Assembly: GCF_964204865.1 (NCBI RefSeq)
Contig: NC_135262.1
Coordinates: 9,982,001 to 10,046,000, forward strand
From: Styela clava
Lineage: Eukaryota
Length of the DNA: 64,000 bases
Direction of reading: 5' to 3'
The position numbers and the translations under genes were made by a program. Shown here piece after piece: positions 14,674 to 27,500 of this stretch. The notes below the pieces were generated by a model. It was given only the letters and a program-made list of their open reading frames with translations. It had not been told where the DNA came from and did not search any database. Every line of letters begins with the position of its first letter. Positions within the stretch are counted from its first letter, which is position 1.

Positions 14674-17600
14674 TTATTCAGAAAATTTGACATAATTGGC
14701 AAAGAATGTGTTGACGTTTTCACTTTTTTTGTAGATTGCTGGCTGCTTTTGCACAATATTGTACATTTCTACGAACTCTTTTACACCCTTTGCGTGACAT
14801 TCTTTAAAATAAGGTAATTTCAGCAGGTTGCTTTTCCATTTAGCAATAGATGTATATTTCTTCCAGTCTGTATATTTGATCTCCATGCAACTCACCGTAG
14901 TACGAACGAAAAAGACTGAGATACAAAAAACAATGCTTTCATATTCTACAAAAGCGTCCATGATGCAAGCATGTAATTGTTATCTCTTTTTTAATTTTAT
15001 TTTAAAAATCCCCAGAACGACGCTACTCTCTCACCCTGACCTCCCACGGCGTCGCATCGATTCGACGCGTCAAAAAATTGTAATATTCCTAATTTTAAAT
15101 CAAAATAACTTCTAAACCATTAGATATCAGATGGTCTGTAATATATCATATAAAAGCTTATCTAGTCTTTTATTTTTAACTGGCATTATTTTTCACGAGA
15201 TGTTTTGATGAGATGTGTAAGCGTATTTGTAGCCCCAACTACTATTTTTTTGTATTTTGGTAATATTTAATACATTTCTTAGAAATGTATCATCAATATA
15301 AGTACAATTTTGAAAAGTATACAAAATTACCTTTCGGAGAATATACGTATGACTTTCTTAACATACGCATAACTCATTTTATTGCAGAATTTGTACTATC
15401 GATTCAAATGGTTTGCGAACAAAATTTATCAACTATTTGACGCCAAGTTTGCGTAAGGACGCAAAGGGCGACGACGACATTGTCGTGATAACTTCATGCG
15501 ACGTATCGTGCGTAACTCTTTGCGTGAGGTATATTGCGCAATTGCACATCTGGTCGTTCACAGCTTGAGTGCAGATTGTGGCTTCATTGCATTAGTATCA
15601 TATCCTCGGCCGCAGATAAAACCCTTTCAGAAGAATTTTGATCGAACATAGTAAAATTGCTAGAATATAAAGGCCATTTTATATACGTTTACTATTTGGA
15701 TATGAGACGAAAATGAATGGCCAAAACGAAATATTTGATCCTCATGAATTTATGAGGTTCCGCCGGAAACATCAAGGCTAATTATTCATTCACCGTTGGA
15801 TATCATGAAGATTGAATAAAAAAAAACTGATAACGGGTACACGGAAGACATGGTGGCACCAGTAGCTCACCTGGTCAGTGTTTTACATTTTGCAGCCTCA
15901 TTAGATTTTCGAAATTACTGCATATACGCTACATTCCTGATATCGCTATATTTACAATGGATTTTAAACGAAAGCTTTGTCCAGATGAAATATTGGTTAG
16001 TATTCATCTATCGGAAGAAGAAAATATGGCACAATAAAACTCAGCAATGGCGCTAAACAATGCATCCATCGATATGTTCCATCATTCTGTTTTTAAAAAT
16101 CCTTATTTTTGCTATTCGTATTTTTCATATCTTTATGCAATTAAAACGGCAATAACACTGCGTATTGTGTGTTTTAGTCGAACCGATGTAATGCGTAAAT
16201 TTCCCCGTGTATCGTTTACAAGTCGTAAGTCGCTTCACGAGTACGAACTTAAGTAAATGACGTTACGAGCATGCGAGGAAAAGTGTTTCTCGTATGAAAC
16301 GTAAACGTGCTACGTGCCAACGTAATTGCTTAACGTCGCTGCGTAACGGCGTAAATGTGTTAGGTCGTTATTTACGTCACCTTGACGTCGCCTCGATCTT
16401 GCGACAAACAAAATCACGAATACAAATGCTTCCAAAATTTGAATGGTGCAACATAAGTTCAATCTAATGGTATCACTGGAAAGCTATCTTCAAATTCTAC
16501 AAATTTTGTCGATAATGTACTAGGTTTAATCGAAAACAAATTTAAGTTTTGTCAATTAGATTTGAGCAATTTTCAGAAGTTTTTTATGCTTTTTAATTTT
16601 GCCAATTTTCATGAGATGATCACCATATTTTATCTCAATTTTGAAATTATACTTAGTCCTGTAGAGTATCTTTCACACGATGTAAAACTTGTCTAAATAT
16701 AATAAATGGTTCGCGAGATATGAGGTTTCAAAGTTGCATACCTCTTACGGGATGCGAAAGCCGCTAAACCGGCTTTCAGCGTCAGAAGACTTTCTCGGGA
16801 AAGCCGGTTTAGCGGCTTTCAGGGTTCAAAGAGTTAGGTAACGCTTCACGATTGTGCGTGTCATACTTGCGCAGAGTTTCTATAGAGTTCAGAAATTGCC
16901 CTTTAAGGGGATAAAAGTGATACAAAAGGAGATGACGTTACCGAGAAGTTAGTTTCGTTCAGTCGTAGAATTTATGTCATAAACGGTAACAAGTTGAATT
17001 CTTCTATTTCTAATTTATTTTGAAAATGAGGGTTTTTCTACGTGACGGTATCAAAACTATTAAAGAAATAGCCTTTACACCAGTAAGCGAATTATTCAAG
17101 ATTGTAATTGACCAAAATTCCTGTAAATATTAAAATATCGTTGTAGATCCCCGCCCACATCCACATCTTGAAAAAATAAATTTTCTTTGCGCTTAACGAT
17201 TTTTTGCTGTGAATGGATGATGATGTACTCTATAGAGTGCTATAAGGGGCGACAGTACATAGAAGCTTTGGAACCGCTGGTCTATATCATTGTTGGTTTC
17301 GGGTTTGATCTATCGACTCAAACGCGCATTTTGGCATTATTTATTATGATGCAAAATAATATAAATTCAATGATGATGAGGACATAAATTGAAGTTCAGA
17401 CACGACAAAAACTGATGGAAATCATCGCCTACCAAGAAGTGTAAGATGATTGCCGAATACATATTGCTTTCCTGATAACAGCGTTTCGACTTCTTCCAGA
17501 ACTGCGGTTGCTTTCGGCAAGAGATTTTCTTTCGGGCCACTGGCAGTTCCAGCAAATATTTCATCGTCATTCTATAATGCATTTTTAAATTTGAAAGTCA

Positions 17601-18417
17601 TTGTTTAGGGACACAAAAGGCATAATCTCTATCTATGAAAAAGAAACGCTGATGGTTACAGTGAAGAAAGTGTCATATCAGAGGCAAGTAGAGTATAAAT
17701 AAGATGAGGAGGAATAGTTGATAAATAACATAAGTGGATAGTTGAATAAACGACAATTTACCAAGTACTTTAACAGAGTCTGATAGTTGTCGATTACTCT
17801 GAACATTGATCTGTTGAAACTTGCAATCTCGGCCACTCCTGAGCAAGGATATAGTTTATCCGCTTTGTCTTTTGGTTCATATTTGGCACAAAGATATTTC
17901 GCAATTGCACGACTGTTGAAATAATATCGAAAAATCAACGCGTTACTCTTCTAGCTAACCAGCAACTAATTATATATATATTAATTGTAAAATGCTAATG
18001 TGCTTCTATGTAAGTTTAACATAGCATGATACAGCATCTTTCTTAAACCTATTTTCTCATCGCAAATAAATCTTCTATGATTATCCTCAATCATCTCGAG
18101 TAAAGAACAAGCATAGTCAAAATATATTAAAGAAAAACAGTACAGCTTAAGTCAGAAAACCCGATATTCATCATAAAAAAAAAAAATAATCAACGACTCA
18201 TGGAATTGCACACTTACCTCTCCGATAAAGTCAAATCTCCATCTATTATTGCAGGAACAACTTTATACTCCTTGATGGCTGTACAAGCTTCTTTATTATT
18301 GTCCTCGGCCAAAAGATCAACTATATATGCCGTGTGTGGAATGTCGAGTTCCTTTAGTACCATCCATACTGTTTGTGGCGGTGGACTTAGAGGGTGATAG
18401 TAAAATTCTATTACCAT
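14674..18417 (-). CDS. Glutathione S-transferase (GST-D), open frame but degenerating
   Basis: Exons 18417-18218, 17912-17762, 17571-17433, 14915-14674. Relative to GST-C/E: SPPS->SPPP, N-capping Asp->Val (HLTLLV), a 4-bp deletion near the 3' end giving a new C-terminal tail, and a ~2-kb insertion in intron 3. Confidence 0.75.
14985..16900. mobile_element. Unclassified ~1.9-kb insertion in GST-D intron 3 (probable non-autonomous DNA transposon)
   Basis: Absent from the same intron of GST-C and GST-E; CpG-rich relative to background; perfect 22-bp inverted repeat at 16756-16777/16799-16820; near the right end ...GGTTCAAAGAGTTA resembles piggyBac-type ends. No matching left end was found; boundaries approximate. 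Confidence 0.45.
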
Positions 18418-18746
18418 TTTAAGTATATTTGAAAAAAATTCTGTCCAATTAGAATAAGTCTGAACAGGAAAGTAATGCCCAAATGTCAGTAAATGTATGA
18501 ACAATGCCAGTAAAGTTCCCGACGAATAATAAAAAAAATATACTGATTGTCATATGTTCATTGAATTGCAAAAACCCCAGCACATTTGGGGTCAAATATC
18601 GGTCCGGTAGGTATCGAAGAAAAGTCAAAATATTATATATATATAAAAATAATAGCCTTTGGGTACCTTCCTAGATGTAGCAAAAAACAGTATCTTTCGT
18701 CATATTGCAGAACAACAGGTTGTTAAAATAAAGGGTTGTAAACTTA

Positions 18747-19057
18747 AATCGGTAAGTATGTTGATAGGTATTTGTCTGTCTGTCTGTCTGTATGTATGTC
18801 TGTATGTCTGTTTGTCTGTTAGATGCACGCGATATCTCACGAAAGCGAGACTGAATCTGCTCCAGATTTCGCATGTGCATTCATCTTATCTCGGAACAGG
18901 AGCCTATTGATTTTGGGCGATTTATGTCGTATAATTAGCGAGTTATTAATTAATTAGTGATGGAACACAAGGTATCACTATGGAGTAAGAGCGCTGTTTT
19001 GGGGGATCCCCTAACTTTCGATCGATAAGTCTTCGGTCTCTGACCGATATTCTCGTT
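18747..19057 (+). mobile_element. DINE-1/HINE-like (Helentron-associated) element, copy 1, 5'-truncated
   Basis: (GTCT/GTAT)n microsatellite, core shared with 57880 and 61773, 3' subTIR gatcgataagt, 3' hairpin TCGGTC-tct-GACCGA, ends in a T-run. Confidence 0.75.
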
Positions 19058-20097
19058 TTATCTTCAATGCCTTTCTGTAGTTCAAGTATAAACACTGTTA
19101 CGTCGAGCTAAGCTATATTAATTGTGATATTCGTTTGGGTGTCTTCAAGACTATTCATAAACTACTTGTTTAAAGATTAATTTTTGAAAGAGCGCATATA
19201 AAGTCTATTCAGAGCAATGACGTCGCAGTCACGAGGAAGGTTCAACTTATCAGAAATAGTTCATTTGTTTAAATAGTCAGCAAGAAAGTACGAAAGATAA
19301 AGACTACAGCCTCTCCCGACTGATTTGTTAACTTTCCCTTATGGTTGGGAAAAATTTCATTTTGTGTAATCCATTCCTGCCAAATGATGTGATGATAAAT
19401 GTGTATGATAATGGCTTTTAGTTAAGTTGAAAATGAAATCTGAATGCAAATTGAGCAATTAAATGAAGCTAGTTGAGAGCCATGGTGTTCCATTGACAGA
19501 GAAAGCTCAACTCATTAGGAATGGCTTATTGGACACGTAGTAGTCCTATGTATTGTTTTGTTCTTAAGTTTTTGTTCTTCCTCTAATCCTCTTGTTGTTA
19601 TTATTCTTTTTATCACTTTTTCAAAATTGCTGTTTTCTTCAATTACTGGACCAATTGAAATTTGGTATACAAGCTTTGATATTTATGCTTGATGAACGTT
19701 GGAGCTTTTTTGCGTATCTGTTTACACTTGTGTTAAGTCATTATATTTTAAGTAACCGAAAATAACGAAACGTCGAAAATGAAAGCAATGAGTGTGTACC
19801 ACATTTTATTATTATATGTTCATTATTCCTCAAAAGTTGATGGAACTCTAAAATTGGCAATGGGTGAACTTTTTATATTTTAATAGATGTTACTTCCGAA
19901 AAATTATTTACCATAGTGTTATCGTATTTATACCAGCCAAAACCTCAACTGAAATATATAATAGCCTCCATGTACACAAATATTTTTACTGAATGTCAAT
20001 ATAGTTTAATTTATTTCAATGTACGATAATATGGTATTTGCAATTATTTTATTATTCAGAAAATTTGACATAATTGGCAAAGAATGTGTTGACGTTT

Positions 20098-21674
20098 TCA
20101 CTTTTTTTGTAGATTGCTGGCTGCATTTGCACAATATTCCTTGTACAATTCTACGAACTCTTTTACACCCTTTGCGTGACATTCTTCGAAATAAGGTAAC
20201 TTCATCAGGTTGCTTTTCCATTTAGCAATAGCTGGATATTTCTTCCAGTCTGTATCTATGATATCCATGCAACTCACCGTAGTACGAACGAAAAAGTCTG
20301 AGACACAAAAAAACAATGCTTTCACATTCTACAAAAACGTTACCGAGAAGTGAGTTTCGTTCAGTCGTAGAATTTATGTCATAAACGGTAACAAGTTGAA
20401 TTCTCTTATTTCCAATTCAATTTTGAAAATGAGGGTTTTTCTACGTGACGGTATCAAAACTATTGAAGAAATCGTCTTTACACCAGTAAGCTAATTATTC
20501 AAGATTGTAATTGACCAAAATTCATGTAAATATTAAAATATCGTTGTATATAGATCAACGCGCACATCCACATCTTAAACAAATAAAAAAAAATTGCACT
20601 TTACGATTTTGCTGTGAATGGATGACGATGTATTGTATCGAGTGCTGTAAGGGGCGACAACATAGAAGTTTAAGAACCGCTGGTCTGGATCATTGTTGGT
20701 TTCGGGTTTGATCTATCGACGCAAACGCGCATTTTGGCATAATTCATTATGATGCAAAATAATATAAATACAAAGATGATGAGGACATAAATTGAAGTTC
20801 AGACGCGACAAAAACAGATGAAAATTATCGCCTACCAAGAAGTGTAAGATGATTGCCGAATACATATTGCTTTCCTGATAACAGCTTTTCGACTTCTTCC
20901 AGAACTGCGGTTGCTTTCGGCAAGAGATTTTCTTTCGGGCCACTGGCAGTTCCAGCAAATATTTCATCGTCATTCTATAATGCATTTTTAAATTTGAAAG
21001 TCATTGTTTAGGGACACAAATGCATAATCTCTATCTATGCAAAACAACGCTGATGGTTACAGTGGAGAAAATGTCACATCAGAGGCAAGTACAGTAGAGG
21101 AATAATTGATATATAACATAAGTGGATAGTTGAATAAACGACAATTTACCAAGTACTTTAACAGAGTCTGATAGTTGTCGATGTCTCAATCTGTTGAAAT
21201 TTGCAATCTCGGCCACTCCTGAGCAAGGATATAGTTTATCCGCTTTGTCTTTCGGTTCATATTTGGCACAAAGATATATTGCAATTGCACGGCTATTGAA
21301 ATAATATCAAATAATCATATATATAATATGCTGTTTCGTCTTAGGTATAGAACATGCTCAGTCGAAAAAAATCAAGAAACCACTACAGCTCAAATCAGAC
21401 ATATATTTAAAGCACGTCAGACGCAATATTCATCAAACAAAAATAATCGACGACTCATGGAATTGCACACTTACCTCTCCGATAAAGTCAAATCTCCATC
21501 TATTATTGCAGGAACAACTTTATACTTGTTTATGGCTGTATAAGCTTCTTTTTTATTGTCCTCGGTCAAAAGATCAACTAAATTTGCCTTGTGTGGAATG
21601 TCGAGTTCCTTTAGTAACATCCATACTACATGTGATGGTGGGCTTAGAGGGTGATAGTAAAATTCTATTACCAT
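20098..21674 (-). pseudogene. Glutathione S-transferase pseudogene (GST-E), frameshifted
   Basis: Exons 21674-21475, 21292-21150 (143 nt versus 151 in paralogues; 8-bp deletion at ~21187), 20974-20836, 20297-20098. The shifted frame reads GAA TGA at the start of exon 3. Confidence 0.85.
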
Positions 21675-24527
21675 TTTGAGTATCTTTCGAAACAATTCTG
21701 TCCAACGTAAATAAGTCTGCACAGAAAAGTAATGCTCAAATGTCAGTAAATGTATGGACAATGTCAGTAAAATTCCCGACTACTAAGAAAACAAATTTAT
21801 TGATTGTCACATGTCCAATGAATTGCAAAAAAATGCTCATTTGGGGTTAAATATCGGTCAAGTAGGCATCCGAGTAAAGTCGAAAAAAATTAAAATATTA
21901 GCCCGCTGGATACTTCCTCTATGTTTGAGTACGGGTAATTGGAATCATTCGGTCTTATTAGTAGCTTAATAAATTGATTTCTCGTACTCCGACTAGAACA
22001 TCATCTGTGGCAAAGCGAACCGTGCGTCCACTTCGTGTGCAAAATATAAAGACTAGATGTAGCGAAAAGCAGTATTTTTGTCGCATTGCAAGAACAGCAG
22101 GTTAGTAAAATAAAATGTTGTCAACTAAAATGAGTTCCAGAATGCGAGGATCTCGATCTACGGAAACCAATCCATTTAAAAACACAAACAATGACCTTGC
22201 AAACGTATCCTATTTGGGGTTTCCTTCATTGTATGCAGCAAAACTATTGAATATATATGTCATAAACTTTAGAATATAGCTCAAAAACTTTTTGCGACTG
22301 ATGCTCAACGAATCTATTGAAGTCTTGCTTGCCTTATCTTTAATGCCTAAATGTAGTTCAAGTATAAACACTGTTACGTCGAGCTAATGGATATTAATTG
22401 TGATATTCGTTTGGGTGTCTTTAAGACTATTCATAAACTACTTGTTTAAAGGTTAATATTTGAAAGAGCGCAAATAAAGTCTACTCAGAGCGATGGCGTC
22501 CCAGTCACGAGCAAGGCTACACTTATCAGAAATACTTCATTTGTTTTAATAGTCAGCAAGAATTGCTATAGATAAAGACTACAGACTTATTGCTTAATTG
22601 TGATTTACGCATGTCAAAGAAGACGTCAAGCCACAACAATTTTATCCTATCGCAGTTTTATGCTAACAAATTCATTAGAAAAACTTTTGAGACTCTGGAG
22701 ATAATTGTGCGACTGTATTATATATATTTATAAACAAAGCTTGGGTCCGCACATGTCGAACTGGTCTTTTTTATATGAATAATTTCAGTTATGTCTTTAT
22801 TGTACGACATGTTCCATCTAGTTGATATTCATTCAAATTAGAAAATATAAATGTTCAGCCTGCATTGTTTGTATTTTTTTGGGGAACTTTATCCGTCAGT
22901 GGGTCAAACAAGCCTAAAGCGACACAATTGTACGCGAGAATATAGCAAGATGGTATTGTCCCACCGAGTGATTTGTTAACCTTCCTCTTAGGTTTACAGT
23001 TTATTGGAAAATTTCATCCTCCGATCTCTTTAACTATTTCCATCTCACCCTAATCACATCCCTCTGTGCCGCACACCATCGTGTAGTTGATACAGTTTAA
23101 GGATGTTGCTACTGTGGTTGTATATGAATCAGATAACTCAAGGGTTCCGGATTGGTTGCTTTAGTGTACGGCAACTCCACAATTAAAACCTATAACAGTC
23201 AAACAAAACATCATCAAAGAACTGAGAACGCGAACGACCGCCACCGCAGCGGCCGGAGAAAAAGAGCGAAAGACAGTTTTTCTCTCACGTGTAGTTAGTG
23301 GTCGGAGTCCCGATCCGACAAAACAGCATCGAATAAGGGTCAACATACCAGTTTATTAACATAAAAATATAGATACCTACAATATAAACACGGACTCTAT
23401 GATCCGTGAGATAGTTTACTTCCTCGAAAATATACGAGGTCAGTATATCACACGCTTATTGGACATTTTGAGACTACTAAATAATTAGGTGTGGAAAAGA
23501 TATGCATAATAGATCCGTTTATACACAAGTTCGCTCAGAACAAAATCCTGGAGCCTCAACTAAAGGAAAATATTGATATCATTTTGCTGGGTAATTCCCA
23601 TTTTCTCTCATATCCATGCATCTGAAACAGTCGGCTCTTTTCTTGCACCTAATTTACGGACAAGAGACCGCGATCTCTCATATGACCAAGCCGTATCGAC
23701 AGCAGGACTCTTCCACATGAACATTGCAAAAATCTTATTTTAATCTTCCATTCTACAACGAAATAAATCAAATTCAAAACCATGACGCAGTAATTAACAT
23801 AGGCCCATGCCTGCCAAGTTATGTAATGACAAGCGTTCATGATTGATTTGAAAGTTAAACATGATTGCAGATTACAAAAAATATATAGTACGTCAAGATA
23901 TTCCAAGGATAAAAATCTGTGTGATGCAAATAAATTATAATGACTGATTAATATTGTCAATATATAAAAGAATGACACATCAGAGTTTCCAGAATTTCAT
24001 ATTTCAGAGACAACGAAATTTGAGGATATCACGTCTTATTAGAAGTAAATTTGCTGTCACTCAGAAATCTGATTCAAGTATTTTGAAATTAGTAAAATTA
24101 ATCCAACCATGTAAAAAGATTAATTAGCTCTGAGCACGCACATCAGAGATGCCTGTTCGCCTACGACTCAAAGCTTCAGGTCTCCAAAATTTCGTCTCGT
24201 ACTGCAGTGAAACTTTGAAATACAACAGATTCAATAATAGTAAAAAACAGAAATCCCTCTCCATATTTCTGAGAAACTATGCCAAACATCATTTATTGGC
24301 CAACATGTCAAATAACAATAAGTTAGATAGATAGTTTATTTTGAAAACTCCATAACAAACATAAATTAAAAATGGAGAATTCTGGAAATGCAAAATGTTG
24401 ATTCATATTTCAAACCTTACTGAATTATACCTGCTCAATAACAGATAATAGAAGAACATCTGAAAGACCAGGTGCTACAGCAACTCCTTTAATTATTCAA
24501 TTATTTATTTGTGCAGTGTTCAGTCTT

Positions 24528-27500
24528 CTAGATGAAAATTGTCTTGCTGGAAGCCATTGCACGTACTTCTTTAAATATTCTGGCACTTTCTTTTACACCT
24601 TGTGTGTGGCATTCTTCGTAGTAAGGCAATTTAGCCAGCGTTGTTCTCCACTCAGAAATAGCCTGAAATTCTTTCAAGTTTCTCCCCAATATCTCCATGC
24701 AGCATATAGATGAAAGAACAAAAAAGTCTAAAAACAGTATGCAGTGTCACTGTGAAGCTTCAGCTATGTTGATGGAAAATGACCAATTACAGGTAATTCA
24801 TTTGAAATTATGTATATTTTTTGCGACAAAAACTGCGCTCAATAGAAAAATCCAAAAAAATTTCCTTCATTGAGTTTCAATTTGTTTTTTTAATTGAAAT
24901 TTTGACTTTTAAGATAGAAAATCAAAATACTAACATAAATTAAATTCGAATAAAGATAGAATTTTCATATTCATTTAGGACAAATACATCATGAAGAATT
25001 GATCGCATGACGAACCACAGCCTGCTATCAGTAAGGTTCAGGTATGAAAATAACAAAATGCAGATGCATAGGCAAGGCCTATACATATGGAAAAAGTAAT
25101 CCGTTATTGATGTAACCTAGCAGTGATATTCTGAATGAATGAGTGTCCATACATACATACATACAATGTAATAGGGTATTGAAGTAACCTATTTTTTGAA
25201 TAATTAGACGATGCAATACCTAGAAGTGTGAGATGATTGCCAAATACATATTTCTGCCCAGACAACATTTTCTCTGTTTCCTCCAGAATAGCATTGACTT
25301 TGGGGAAAAGATCCTCCTTCAAATCACCAGTTTTTCCAGCAAAGATTTCATTCCCATTCTGTAATGAGAATAGATGTATTTGGCATGATTTTTTATATGA
25401 TAATGGGACAGAGGTAAAAATGAAAATATGTTACCAAATAGTTTAGCATGGTGTGATAATTGTCAATATCTCTGAACATAATTCTGTTAAAGTTTGCAAT
25501 CTCAGTCACCCCTGGTGTAGGATAAAGTTTTTGTTTTTTGTCATTTGGCTCATACTTTTGACAGAGGTATATTACGATTGCACGACTGCAAAATATGCAA
25601 ATAATAAGATTTACGACTAATAGTTAATATGTATTATAGAAGACATGCTTTTAACAATTTCCTCAAATTCAGTTTTAAGATATGTATAGTTGAGCAGAGC
25701 AAAAAAACTAGTTATTCTACTTGAGCAATGAGGCGATTCGAATGAATTACCAAATAAAACGACTACAAAAAATTGATGTAATTATCCAAATAACTTTGTA
25801 TCTGCACAGAAAAAATAGCATAGCTCACTAAATGAAGAAGATTGCCATAACTGACAAACACTAAGTAGTTTTTCGTTTAGTAGGCCTATAAAATGGCTGA
25901 CGGCTAACTCGCCATGAGGGCTAACTCGCCATGGACCACTCGCCATGCGACGACGGTAAACGGGTTAGCCCTCAACTGTGCGGAGGCTCTTCTTGTAATG
26001 GGAGATGGAAAGGTGGCTGTTTATACTAACAACTTCAATAGTAAGGATAAATATATTAAATTAAATGTGTTTGGTTACAATACCTACTGTGCAAATGGTA
26101 ACAAAGTGACAAGAAAACGTGCTTATATGTCGGAAGGCATACCGGTACCGTACGGTACTCGACGCGCAAAGGATGTCTCAACTTATCATTTTCATCTAAG
26201 CATGCTAAATATATCATCATATTAATTGATTGTATGAGCACTGAATCAACAACAACGCTAAATATATCAAAAGTTCTATTTTGCTACCGGCAGTCTCATT
26301 TTATTCTAACAGCCGTTGATTGCGATCAGAGAGGGAGAGAGAGAGCTAACTCGCCATGTCTTTATTCTTTATAATTGACGATCGACATCGCGAGTTCGAG
26401 AGAGAGAGAGAGGGCTAACTCGCCATGTCTTTATTCTTTATATTTAACGATCGACATCGCGAGTTCGAGAGAGAGAGAGGGCTCTGTTTGGTATACTTAC
26501 TGGCAGCTTATTGAGCATATATACCATAGGTATTGGGCTAATCTCAGAGCATTCAGAGTCGGAGTAATTAACGAATCGTGGAATATTCGTCGGCGGGGCC
26601 AGATATATCGTGGAATCATTCCGCTGTTGTTATCTGCGTTTTATCTTATTGATACGAACGTAAGATAAGGGATATTAGAAAAAGATTTGTACTACGATTG
26701 AAAAACAAGAGAGCTATATGGACACGTAGAGCCACATAATTTTGATAACGTCATAGCGAAAAAAAAGCCTTTTAAAGAAAAATTCTATCTTCCGCTGAAA
26801 ATGTCAAAGCAATTGGTCCAATATTTGAAGAGAAAAGCGAGAATATAAAGAATAATTATAAAGAATAAAGACATGGCGAGTTAGCCCTCTCTCTCTCTCG
26901 AACTCGCGATGTCGATCGTCAATTATAAAGAATAAAGACATGGCGAGTTAGCCCTCTCTCTCTCTCGGACTCGCGATGTCGATCGTCAATTATAAAGAAT
27001 AAAGACATGGCGAGTTAGCCCTCTCTCTCTCTCGAACACGCGTTGTCAATCGTCAATTATAAAGAATAAAGACATGGCGAGTTAGCCCTCTCTCTCGAAC
27101 TCGCGATGTCGATCGTCAATCATAAAGAAAATAGACATGGCGAGTTAGCTCTCTCTCTCTGCTCGCAATCAACGGCTGTTAGAATAAAACGAAACTGCCG
27201 GTAGCAAAATAGAACTTTTGATATATTTAGCGTTGTTGTTGATTCAGTGCTCATACAATCAATTAATATGATGATATATTTAGCATGCTTAGATGAAAAT
27301 GATAAGTTGAGACATCCTTTGCGCGTCGAGTACCGTGCCGTACCGGTATGCCTTCCGACATATAAGCACGTTTTCTTGTCACTTTGTTACCATTTGCACA
27401 GTAGGTATTGTAACCAAACACATTTAATTTAATATATTTATCCTTACTATTGAAGTTGTTAGTATGAACAGCCACCTTTCCATCTCCCATTACAAGAAGA

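Noticed and set aside
23104-23345. Possible solo LTR (TGTTG...CAACA)
   Set aside because: Flanks (aagga/tacca) do not form a TSD and there is no second copy, PBS or PPT.
23440-24480. Possible decayed minus-strand LINE fragments (similar signal at ~28210-28760)
   Set aside because: Only faint RT C-terminal-like wording and short tail repeats; too weak without a database search.
26340-27160. ~64-bp repeats superficially like a CRISPR array
   Set aside because: Units are contiguous with no unique spacers, lie in a eukaryotic transposon and have no cas genes nearby.
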